A stretch of 62,886 bases of DNA, the filler included, from Octopus bimaculoides (lineage: Eukaryota): assembly GCF_001194135.2 (NCBI RefSeq). It is 6 parts of 6 records of this genome, joined end to end, with 100 filler letters (N's around TTAATTAATTAA, not from the genome) between each part and the next. Parts side by side here need not be neighbours in the genome. Positions count along the whole stretch, not along the records: positions 22,935 to 30,220 come from NC_068991.1; positions 30,321 to 39,722 come from NC_069003.1; 4 more parts are not named here. One strand, written 5' to 3'. Shown one piece after another: positions 23,400 through 34,889 of this stretch (position 1 is the first letter of the stretch; each line of letters begins with the position of its first letter). The position numbers and the translations under genes are program-made. The notes under the pieces were generated by a model, which saw only the letters and a program-made list of their open reading frames with translations, ran no database searches and was not told the origin of the DNA.

Positions 23400-25562
23400 A
23401 TTAGGTTTAGCATGAAGAAATAGGATCTCTACTCAGGTGACACAGTCACAGGGAAAGTTAATATCAAGAGAGGAATTTTCCAAGGAGACTCGTTATCCCC
23501 TTTAATATTTGTCTCATGTTTGATCCCCCTCAGTTTAGTATTAAGGAAGGCAAGGACAGGGTATCGCTTCAGAAATGGTAAGGTAAAAGTTAACCATTTA
23601 GTCTACAAGGATGATCAGAAGCTTTTTAGAAAGAATGAAAAAGAGAAAGATTCCTTAATACAGACTGTAAGACTCTTCACCAAAGATATAGGCGTGAAAT
23701 TTGGCATAGTTAAGTGTGAAATATTAATCATGAAAAGGGAACAGGTATTCAACAGTGAAGGCATCCAATTGCCAGATGGCCAGACATTAAAATCATTGAA
23801 AAAGGAAGTGAGCAATAAGTATCTAGGAGTACTAGAATCCGACAGAATACTAACTATAGAAATGAGAACGAAAATTGAGGAGTACATCAGAAGAACGAGG
23901 AAGCTAATGAAGTGAAAGATAAATGGTCCGAATCTAGTAGAGGCAGTAAATACTTGGGTGGCATCATTACTTAGCTACTCAACAGCTTTTGTAGATTGGA
24001 CAAAAACTGAATTAGCAAAGCTAAACACAAGAACTAGCAAGGAATTTAATATGAATGGAGGACTCCACTCAAGAGCAGGGGTAGCAAGATTATATTTGCC
24101 TAGAAAGTAAGGTGGAAGAGGGTTAATATCAGTAGAAGACTGCGTGGAGTTAACTAGAGGAGATATCGATTCCTATGTAGGTAATAGGGAAGAAAGTTTA
24201 TTAGGAGCTGCTAGAGTCACAGCATGATATAGAGAAGCCAAAAAGCCAAACGAAGTTAAAATCCAGGGAAAAAAACCAAAACAAAAGATATCTGAGTGGC
24301 AGGAGATGGCTTTGCATGATAGATTCCCATAGTTACTGCAAGTAGTAGTAGTGAGACATAGTTATGGTTGCAGAAAGGAAAACTGAAAAGGGAAACAAAG
24401 CTTGATAGTAGCAGCGCATGGTCAAGCATTAAGAACTAATTGGATAAAAGCCAAGATAGAAAAAAACCAAGTAGATTCCCAATGTTGGTTATGCAAATCA
24501 AATGAGGTAAGCGTTACTCATACAGTAAGTGAATGTAACATGCTGGCACAGAAAGAATACAAGAAAAAACATGACAACCTAGGGAGAGTAATCCCCTGGG
24601 AATTATGTAGAAAGCTATGATTTGAACATACTGAAAAATGGTATGAACATGAACCTACTAAAGTGCTAGAAAGTAAGAAATATAAGACTGACAGAGCAAT
24701 CGAAGCTAGAAGGCCTGATTTGGCAGGAGAAGGAGTTGTGTGGTAGATTCACAAAGTCAGTTGCAGCAAATAATAGCAGTGAGACATGGTTATGGTTGCA
24801 GGAAGAAAAACTAAAGAGGGAGGCAGAAAGTTTGTTAGTAGCTGCACAAGTTAAAGCATTAAGAACTAATTGGATAAAAGCCAAGGTAGACAAAAACCAA
24901 GTAGATTCCAAATGGAGATTATGCAAATCAAAGAAGGAAAACGTTACTCATATAGTAAGTGAATGTAGCATACTGGCAGAGAAAGAATACAAGAAAGGAC
25001 ATGAGAATCTAGGGAGAGTAATGTAGAAAGGTACGATTTGAACATACCGAAAAATGGTATGAACATGAACCTAGTAAAGAACCAGAAAGTAAGAAATATA
25101 ACACTTACAGAGTAATCGAAGCTAGAAGGCCTGATTTGGTAATAGTAGATAAAGAGAATAGAAAGTGCTAGATAATTGACTTTACAATCTCAAATGATGA
25201 AAACATTAATATGAGAAGTATAGAAAAAACACCAAAGTACCAGACCCTAGCTATTGAATTACAGAGACTATGGAAAGTATGGGTAGCATGTATCCCAGTA
25301 GGTGCATTGGGAACTATCCCTAAAGATCTGAACAGATGGATAGAGGAAACAAGCATAAAACTCAGTTTAGTATAGCTCCAGAAAATAGTCTTATTAGGGA
25401 TATCTAGGGTAGTTAGGAGGGTTCTTGGCATCCAAGGTTACTTGTTGTAGCCCGATATTAGGATTTTTTCTTTTCCAGCAGTCTAATCTGTTGAGTGTAT
25501 ATGAAAATAATAATAATAATAATAAAAACAACAATAATAATAGTAATAATAATAACAACAAC
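23400..25562 (+). mobile_element. 5'-truncated Dong/R4-clade LINE (RT, CCHC, REL, 3'UTR, (AAT)n tail), decayed
   Basis: RGIFQGDSLSPL, NHLVYKDDQKLF, KYLG, C..C....THTVSEC, RRPDL, IPVGALG; internal duplication; AAT-rich tail. Confidence 0.92.
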
Positions 25563-25565
25563 AAC

Positions 25566-25945
25566 AGGCAGTGGCTCTCATGGCTTTTGTTCTTAACTAA
25601 TTGGAAGTGCTATCATGTACATTGTTTTGTCTTGGTGTAAAAATGGACTGCAGCAAGTATTCTGCTCAATACCACGGATTTACTTGTCAGTTGTTTGACC
25701 ATAACTAGTTGAACATGTCCCTTAGTGGCTGACAATATGTACATCTCTGATCACGAGCAGAAGTAGAGGGGAGCATCATAGCCATGTGTCAAGAGGAATT
25801 GTTTGGGGTTTGAATGATTCACCTCTGAAATCATGGGTATTTTGATCATCATCCTTAAACAAAGCTTATTCAGCGACCTTTTGAGCGGGATGGGCTACTC
25901 AACCTGAAGAAAATTCTAACTGGATCCCACCTTCAAGGTCCTGTG
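25566..25945 (+). mobile_element. Non-coding retroposon family E fragment (also 28388-28810 and 36135-36365)
   Basis: Shared ctgctcaataccac.gattt..catgtcccttagtggctgac..gatcacgagcagaagtag; the 28388 copy ends ctctcactcaataataat. Confidence 0.75.
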
Positions 25946-25949
25946 CTGA

Positions 25950-26860
25950 AAGACCGAGTCTGATAAACGGTGGTACACCCGCTCATCGCCTAGGAAGCGT
26001 CACAGACTTTTCTTGATTAATATTTGCTCTTGTCACCGCCTGTTATTCTTTTAGAGCGGTGCTGGTCAGGTCTAAGTGCCCGATGTTCGGTGTACTGTGA
26101 TGGTGACGTCGTCCGCATATGCCTGTCCTAGTTCTCCCAGATCCTTGTTCGCGCGGGATTATTCTCAACGCTTGCAATTTTCGCAGTTGTAGCTTTCAAG
26201 CCCGTAAGTACAGAAGAGACGCGAGGTAATTACATTGATGGACTGAGCGTATGATGCTAAATGGATAACCATTCATCCGAATTATCGATCAGATGTTGCC
26301 ATACAATTCGGCGATCCAACCACGGGAAACAGGACTGTAACAGGCCAATATGAGAATGGCTGCCAAAAATTGGTTGTCGATCCTATGGAAGGCATTAGAT
26401 TGACCTAAATTGATCAGGACCCAATGCCAGTTTATTTATCCACCCTATCTATGATGTATCGCATGAGGTGGAGGTTGACTGGATAGTTCTGCTTGGGTTT
26501 GGTGCATGTTTGCGCATCATCAATCTGTTCCTTGAACTACAAGCGCCAACCTCTTTACTACTCATTGGCCAAAATTTTGCGCTCAGAAGCGTTATGAGCC
26601 TAAACTTTTCTATTTGATACCCCTTGTTTGGATCCTTTCTCAGTAGTGCCACAGTGCTCGACTTAAGAATTCTCCCGTTCTGCTTCTATTTGCTGTAGAT
26701 ATCTGCTAAGAGGTCACCAAACAGATCTGATAAAAGTAAAGCTCATAGGGCAGACCATCCAAACCAGGCAGTTTGCCCACCGTGTTGCTCGTCATCGCAT
26801 CCCATATTTCTGGGATTGTTGTCAGCCTTTCGAAACGCTCCTCCTTTGTCGAGAGTCATT
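25950..26860 (-). mobile_element. Tx1/L1-clade RT fragment, frameshifted
   Basis: EIWDAM..GKLPGLDGLPYE, LLRKDPNKG..FRLITLL, ALINLGQSNAFHRI, AYADDVT. Confidence 0.85.
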
Positions 26861-26864
26861 TTGT

Positions 26865-27066
26865 TTATCCCTCCAGGTCGTGATGTTAATAACCCACAAA
26901 CATATCTCTCCTCATGCATTTTGAGGAATGGAAGTGTAGTAGATTCAGAATATTTTCTGAGAATATGCACTTTCAAGCCTTTTTCAAAATTACAGCCGTT
27001 CGATGTAAAATGTTCGGCAAGTTCTGTCAAACTACTGTTATCGTGCCTGATGTCATATCTGTGCCC
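26865..27066 (-). mobile_element. Penelope-type GIY-YIG endonuclease C-terminal fragment
   Basis: HRYDIRHDNSSLTELAEHF..LKVHIL..EERYVCGLLTSRPGGIN matches HR..IR....A.HF..E..WI..L.T..P.GLN. Confidence 0.75.
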
Positions 27067-27192
27067 AAAACTGGGGGAATTTCATCAAATTTACACAAAA
27101 CTGGGGAATTTCATCGCATTTACACAAAACTGGGGGAATTTCCTCAGATTTACACGAAACTGGGGAATTTCCATCACATTTACATAAAACTG
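27067..27192. repeat. ~30-bp minisatellite, ~4.2 copies
   Basis: (a/g)aaactgggg(g)aatttc.tc..atttaca units. Confidence 0.9.
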
Positions 27193-27574
27193 TTTGATTA
27201 GATATTCTTTTTCCTTTTCTCTTTTCTTTTTTTCTCTTTCTTCTTGCCAGTTGTAAACTTGAAANNNNNNNNNNNNNNNNNNNNNNNNNNNNNNNNNNNN
27301 NNNNNNNNNNNNNNNNNNNNNNNNNNNNNNNNNNNNNNNNNNNNNNNNNNNNNNNNNNNNNNNNNNNNNNNNNNNNNNNNNNNNNNNNNNNNNNNNNNNN
27401 NNNNNNNNNNNNNNNNNNNNNNNNNNNNNNNNNNNNNNNNNNNNNNNNNNNNNNNNNNNNNNNNNNNNNNNNNNNNNNNNNNNNNNNNNNNNNNNNNNNN
27501 NNNNNNNNNNNATCAATCTTTTAAAAGATGATGATGATGATGATGATGATGATGATAATAATAATAATAATAAT

Positions 27575-27622
<48 letters not shown>

Positions 27623-27630
27623 TAATAATA

Positions 27631-27800
27631 AAAATTGCACTACTGGGCACTGCACACATCCTACGCAAAACACTTTCAATATAGTAACTATAAGAGCATC
27701 ACAGCAAACCACAGCACATACCCAAGGCACACAGAGCTGCGCTCGGTAGTGAAGTGAAAGCTTGTTATAAAAATAAAACTACTGAATAATAATAATAATA
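27631..27800 (+). mobile_element. Severely 5'-truncated Dong/R4 3' end embedded in (AAT)n
   Basis: KIALLGTAHILRKTLSI plus 3'UTR; near-identical to 39970-40140; (AAT)n on both sides. Confidence 0.88.
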
Positions 27801-28385
27801 AGCACTCAGAGAGCGTAAATCTCCGCCAAGGCAACACCAACGCCCTCTCAACGATTAGCCAAAGATGACTTTTAAAATGAGAATATCTGAAATAAACCCG
27901 ACTGCTCTCACAAACGAAAATACTAAAAGCTAATTAAAATTAAGTAAAAGAAAAACGGAAAAATAATCCCAAATCCTTGTCCGGTACCTGATCGATCCCA
28001 TTGCTAGTCATGGAATGTGAAGGTAACAGTAGAAAATTTAGTAACAGTAATAAATAGTTTACTCTTATCTAATACAAGCCACCGTTAACAAATTCATCAT
28101 TCAAAATAGTTACAGCCTAAAGGGAGATAATTGAGAAAAACTTGAAAGTTAACGTAAGATCGTAATCATGTAAAGTAAAGTAAATATAACAAATAATTCA
28201 GAATCCTTGTCCGGTACCGGATCAATTCCCAGATCTAATCAGTTCGTGCCAGTCACGAGGCCAAACATCCCTGAAAGTTTCATCCGAATCCAATCCATCC
28301 AGCGGTTTTTGAGATATCTTGTCCCCGGACAAACAAACACGACTGAAAACTACACCTCCGCCTTCAGTAAGTCGGAGGTTATAAA
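27800..28385 (+). mobile_element. Helentron-associated non-autonomous element (HINE/DINE-1/pearl-like)
   Basis: 5' ctccgcc and 3' hairpin acctccg...cggaggt; internal direct repeat aatccttgtccggtacc twice; gacaaacaaac tract; 5' end recurs at ~32135-32175. Confidence 0.6.
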
Positions 28386-28807
28386 TATGCTCAATACCAC
28401 AGATTTGCTTTCAGTTGAGCATGTCCCTTAGTGGCTGACGATACGTGCATCTCTGATCACGAGCAGAAGTAGTGGGGAGCATCACAGTCATGTGTTGAGA
28501 GGAATTATTTGGAATTTAGATAATTCACCTCTGGAAACATGGGTGTTGCATTCAACATCATCAAACAGTCCTTATTCAGGGATCTTTTAACTGGGATGGG
28601 CTACTCGACCTGAAGAAAATTCTAACTGGGCGCCACCTAGAAGGTCATGTGCTGTTAATCTTGATATGAGATCACCATGTCGCGCACACATGGTTGTGGT
28701 GCATGTGCCTGGTGTACTCTTATCAGACGAGTAGTCATAATGAATATACTGGGCTTCGTATATTTTACACCAGTGTCAATTTGATGGCATACGCTGCCCT
28801 CTCACTC

Positions 28808-28884
<77 letters not shown>

Positions 28885-29399
28885 CGACGACGACGACGAT
28901 GATTTCTTTATTTGCCACCAGGGCAAATAAAATATGTCAACCATTCCCGGTTGGCGTATTTTTCTGTAATACCTGATTTGCACTTCCTTCCTTCACCCTA
29001 ACTATCTATATTTTTCCTGATTGCTAACTAAATATAAACGCTTCATCCAAATATAAAATTCGTTTAATTAAATTGCTGATAGTAGACTTTCTAATAGGAA
29101 TTTTGCTGCATGCCTATCTCACATGTAAAATTATATAATTCCTGTATTCAAATGAAACATGTGTAATGGTGGATAAATAATACCAATAAATTTTCCAACT
29201 TCCTGTTATGTCATACAATAAAACTGTCAACAATATTTCTAGAATTTTCAACGTTAGTATGCAACTTGCATGTATACTACGACAGCAACTACATATGAGA
29301 CTGTAATAATGGAATAAACAGATGTGCTCCAAGAAGGCACAACTGAGATTTTATCCTACCTACCTACCTAATACATATGTGTGTATGTATGTATGTTTG

Positions 29400-29613
29400 T
29401 AAGGGGTGGGTGCTGAAAAGTTCCTGCCTTTGGGTAAAAGAAAACACAGGTAGATCAGTTATGATTTTATTCAACGTATTCCCCTCTCAGATTCCCACAT
29501 TTATTACAGCGGTCCTTCAGTTTTTCTAAGCCGTGTAAAAAACTCGAAGGTTGGGCTTCTATTTACACCTTTCGCGATACCCGTAAAGTCATGAACTTTT
29601 CAGTACCTCCTCG
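29400..29613. mobile_element. Mariner-type MITE (second family)
   Basis: Imperfect TIRs ggtgctgaaaagttcctg / catgaacttttcagtacc; body shared with 9268-9490. Confidence 0.78.
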
Positions 29614-29621
29614 TGTACATT

Positions 29622-29660
<39 letters not shown>

Positions 29661-29769
29661 TCACATACACACACACACACACACACACATATATACATGT
29701 GTGTATGTGTATGTCTATATGCACATGTATATATGTATATGAATATGTGTATATAAAAAGCCCCCCCTT

Positions 29770-30090
29770 CTGTCATAAATGACCATGGGATTACATTTAG
29801 AAAGTTATCGTCCAAGGCACATGTCCAGGCAAGGTTGCTTATGTTAGACCGACAGGCGCCCATGCATATCAGCCTCCTCTATCCATGCCACCGATGTTTT
29901 CCAAGGGAAAGGCAAAGGCCGATACAGCTTGGCACCAGTAACTTAGCAACTCATTTCTACAGCTGAGTGAACTGGCAACGTGATATTAAGTGTTTTGCTC
30001 AAGAATACAACACACAACCCGGTCCGGAAATCAAACTCACTACCTAATGATTGTGAGACCGGCGCTCTAGCCACTGAGACATGTGCTTTC
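29770..30090 (-). mobile_element. SINE family C
   Basis: Reverse complement of 21813-22150 motifs. Confidence 0.82.
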
Positions 30091-30179
30091 ATATCTCTCT
30101 GTCTCTCTGTCTCTCTGTCTCTCTGTCTCTCTGTCTCTCTGTCTCTCTGTCTCTCTCACTGTCTGTCTGTCTATCTGTT

Positions 30180-30220
<41 letters not shown>

Positions 30221-31519
30221 NNNNNNNNNNNNNNNNNNNNNNNNNNNNNNNNNNNNNNNNNNNNTTAATTAATTAANNNNNNNNNNNNNNNNNNNNNNNN
30301 NNNNNNNNNNNNNNNNNNNNTCAATATGCTGAAAAATAGAACCTAAATCGTCTGTGTGTGTAATAATATAATATCTAGACATGCTCATATATATTTAAAT
30401 GATAAACTGGAAACTTTTAGAGAATTTTTGAGTTCCAGTAATGGATGGGGTCTGTAGTCTTCAAATTAACTTTCTCCTTTCTGGTTTTGAGAAACCTAAT
30501 TTCTCAAAATTGGTATATAGTAAGTGTGTTACAAATCCCAGAGCTCCGATGATTACAGACAGAAACCTAAACTTATAATCTGAATAGAGCAACTACAGAT
30601 TTCTAAATAGTTCAGCGTGGGTGTTCTCTTTTTCACTGATCTTCAGCTTTATTCTAACACACGCTGCGCATCTAATTTCCACAACTGTACAATTTCTCAT
30701 ATTTATGCATATATGTGTGTAGGCTTGTATGTGTGTATGTATTTATGGTTGTCTTTATGTGTGTATTCACATAAGGATGCACTCAAAGAATTCGGTATAA
30801 ACATTTTGCTGCTTAAAACACTGTTGCTATGCTTCGATTTATTTTCAGTAACTCACGGAACTAAAGGTGGTTTAGCACGGAAAGAAGACTACCTGGCCAT
30901 GCAATGATCTAAAATGATTGCGACCATTTTTGCCACGATGCTCTCACACTCAATGAAGCATTTAGCGGAGCAGAAGAGCAGCCATTTTAACTGGCAAGAT
31001 ATTTTGCACAAATAAATTACGTGTGAAGTTATATATAGTTAAAAGAAAACATATCGATATAGGACAGTTCGTGTTAGTTTTTGATTGAATAAGACACCAT
31101 TTATCACCCATTTTCGAAATGTGCATTCTAAGAATATTTAGATTTTTATTTTTTTCGCATATAGCTATTTGCCTTAATAATTCTCATCGATTAAGCATTT
31201 ACTTTAAGAAGACTTAGAGAAGAACATTATTAATTTATTGCCTAATCATTGTAATTAGCTGAATCATAATTACGAACTGCAAATCTCTAACGATCAATTC
31301 TTGGAAATTCGGCTAGCTGTCAGACAAGCTATTTATAGGCAGAATTGATAATTTCAATTGCAAATATAGTTAATTATTATCATATTGATTTCTATTAAGA
31401 ATAATTTAATGTAATTCTAGCCAAATTTAATGTTTCTCTTTAATACTACGAAATACTGCCAACCGGATCAGTGATAATAGCGACAATAATATTAATACTA
31501 ACAGCATAATGATATCGAC

Positions 31520-33040
31520 TTAAAATTTTGGCACAAGGCCAGCAAATTTGGGGAAGGGAATAAGTCTACTACATCAACCCCCAGTATACAACTGGTGCTT
31601 GTTTAATCGATGCCAAAAGGATGAAAGGCAAAGTCGACCTCAGCAAAATTTTAATTCACGGCAAAGAGATGGACGAAATGCTGCTAAGCATTTTGCATGG
31701 TGCTAAGCATTTTTCCAGCTTATAATAATAATGATCCTTTATACTAATGGCGCAAGGCCTGACAATTTGTGTTTCATTGGTACTTATTTTATCGACCCCG
31801 AAAGGATGAAAGGCAAAGTCGACCCCAGCGGAATTTGAACTCAGAAGGTAAAAGGCAGACGAAACGACACTGAGTATTTTGTCCGGCGTCCTAACGATTC
31901 TCCCAGCTCACCGCCTTGCATAATACTAATATTAATGGCTTCAAATTTCTAGCAGAAAGCAAGCAACTAATACTTATCTTATCAACCTCTGGAAAGATGA
32001 AAGGCAATATAGACCTCGGCGCAATTTGAAATCATTTCGTAAAAAACGGAAGAAATGCCGTTAAGCATTTTGATCGCAGTGCTTATGATTCTGCCAATTC
32101 ATCACTTTACATGATGATAATATTAAGAAGAGCATTCAGAGAGCGCAAACCTCTGCCAAGGCAACACCAACGTTTAGGTCCGCTGCATGGTGTCTTGGGC
32201 AAGTGTCTTCTAGCCTCGGGCCCACCAAACCCCTTGTGCACGAGCCCAGACGCAAATTAAATCGCTTTCTATCACTATATGCGAAATGGCGTGAGTATTT
32301 TTCCTCTGCTATGGAACATTCAGACATGCCAGCACAAGGTTCTCTCACCATTTTGCATGTAGTCAGAGATGATGATTGAGGTTCAGCCTGGCTTTGCTTC
32401 GTGTACGAAGTATTAAAAAGTCACAAAAATACCGAAGTATTAATGTCCGTCTCTCCTGTAATGGGACCTGATGCGAGTTATGTCGCGTATCTCGGGAATC
32501 CATCGTCCGATTTACGCTAAACTTGTTTCATTTCGTTTGTATTAACATTTCAGGGGTGACTTACTTGCAGAGTAGTTTAATATTATGCGCCGGTTTGGCT
32601 GTATCAGATTGTAGACAAGCACGCAAGAAAACAATTACAGAGTTTCAGTACTATATAGATAAATTCTTTCTATAATAGGCACAAGGCCTAAATTTTCAGT
32701 GGGAGCAGCTTGTTGATTACACCGAAACAAGTACTTGAATGATCCTTATTGGCGCAATTTGAACCCGGCATGCGAAACCTGAAGAATTTGCCTCTAAGCA
32801 TTGGATCCTTTCTGCTAATGATTCTGTCACCTCGTCACCGTATAATTATTTCAAATATTGGTACAAGGACAGCACATGCAAGGAAGGGGGTTATTCAATT
32901 GCATCGACCCCAGTGCTCAATTGTCACTTATTTTATCGACTCCAAAAATATCAATGGCTAACCTGTCCTCAGAGGGTTTTGAACTCAGAATGTATGGAAG
33001 CAGCAGGTATACTAACATTTTTACCAGTTCATCACCTCAC
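31520..33040 (-). mobile_element. Cluster of about five SINE A copies plus a SINE B fragment
   Basis: Repeated gatgaaaggcaaagtcgacc..gaatttgaactcagaa. Confidence 0.78.
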
Positions 33041-33974
33041 TATTAATAATAATAGTAATAATAATAATAATAATAATAATCTGTAATTTTGTTTTTATTT
33101 CCGAGTAAATAGTATAGAAATGGTAATTGATCATAATAACTTGATTACAGTAATGAGACAACAACCAAAATTAGATCACTGGAGAGTTATTTTCTCGTTT
33201 CCATTTTCTTTTTTCCCATAAAATCTTAATTTCATTGTGTTTCTTCATAGATTGCGTATGACGTCATTGATCAATTAGTATGGCATTGAAGAACGTTCTC
33301 AGGTTTCTTTCGTTAAAACTTTCTTCTTCATAGTTTTTTTTCCATATTTTGTTGTAAAAATTAATGGGAAGTTGATTCAGTAAATACCGAACAGGTACTG
33401 CGCACAAAGGATCGAATACCACTTCTTTCGAAAATATGAATCTATAATTGTTAATAATGTTCTGTTACTGTTAATATTATTTTCTCCAGTCACTACTGGA
33501 CTTCTCAACATGCTGCAGCACCTCCTGGAAGAAATTGACCAACAAATCGATCCCAGTATTTATCAATTCACGTGTTGTACTAATTTCTTCGGTCTCGTTT
33601 GCGAGCATAAGTCAAAACCAGTCGTCAATATGTGGGCGACTGGAGGACAAACACAGACATTTACACAATACACTCGCGCATGCACACACACACACATACA
33701 AACACAGATATGTCATAAGAGGGGATTCGTCTCATGTCAGCTCACAGCGTTTGCTTTACTTGTTCATTTAGGTGAAGAGAAGATGGCCACTCTGAAATGC
33801 AAGCTTCGTTAGCTAACTTTGGTTAGATGCCACGGTGAGCTGACTCGCTGAATTTACAGCTATTTGTCTACAGAGAGAAATTTTCCCCATGACAAATAGA
33901 GTCAATGGAACTCTTACGGGTTCGAATAGACCTCATGCATAGTTCAACTGGTACCATATTTGTACCTGTATAAT

Positions 33975-34172
33975 CTCTTACTTGTTTCAGCTATTTGGCT
34001 GCGGCCATGCTGGAGCACCGCGTTTAGTCCGCATGAATTATTCTTTGTAAGCCCAGTACTTACTCTATTGGTCGCTTTTGCCGAACTGCTATGTTACAAG
34101 GACACAAATACACCAGCATCTGTTGTGAGATGATGGTAGCGGGACAAACACAGAAACAAATACATACATACA

Positions 34173-34203
<31 letters not shown>

Positions 34204-34410
34204 TCATGTATATATAACTCCGACGGTCTTCTTTCAGTCTCCGTCTACCAAAACCTTGTGAATAGATTTGTTTGGTAGTTTCCGCCTACCAAATCCACTC
34301 ACAAATCTCTGGTCGGCCCGAGGTTATAGTAGAAGACACTTGACCAAATTGCCATGCAGTGGGACTGAACCCAGAACCATGTGGTTAGGAAGCAAGCTTC
34401 TTACAACACA
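33975..34410 (-). mobile_element. SINE family B
   Basis: Family B motifs with internal (TACA)n. Confidence 0.82.
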
Positions 34411-34429
34411 CACCTATAATCCTATAAGG

Positions 34430-34556
34430 TATTCTAGCATCCTAGTTCTCCGCTTTACACCAGTTTTCAATGAAAACTAAATATATTAGTTTTGCATTGG
34501 TACGTGGAAAATTTTCGGAAATTCTTCCTGGATGAATTACCCAATAAACCAGCTTC
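34430..34556 (-). pseudogene. Possible Calx-beta exon remnant
   Basis: Acceptor ttttcattttgaag then LVYWVIHPGRISENFPRTNAKLIYLVF, loosely like DF..RPN....I.F. Confidence 0.2.
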
Positions 34557-34855
34557 AAAATGAAAATTTGAATTAAATTAACTTGATTCAATTTAATTTA
34601 ATTTCTGTAATTGAACTAACTGGATATGGAAACTGCTGTAGGACTGGAATTTCATTATATGGATATGAATATCTTTAAATAAACTGATGTCTGCATCTCA
34701 GTTTCTCTATTTTCTTCTTGTTCTCATTCACACACACAAACACACACATATATGAATGTATGTTTGCATATATGTATGTATATATATATATAGGTATGTA
34801 TATAGATGGCTAAAATGATAGAGAGACAGACAGACGGACGGACGAACGGAAAGAC

Positions 34856-34889
<34 letters not shown>

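Noticed and set aside
27067-27192. CRISPR-like array
   Set aside because: Contiguous tandem units with no unique spacers, no cas genes, eukaryotic context
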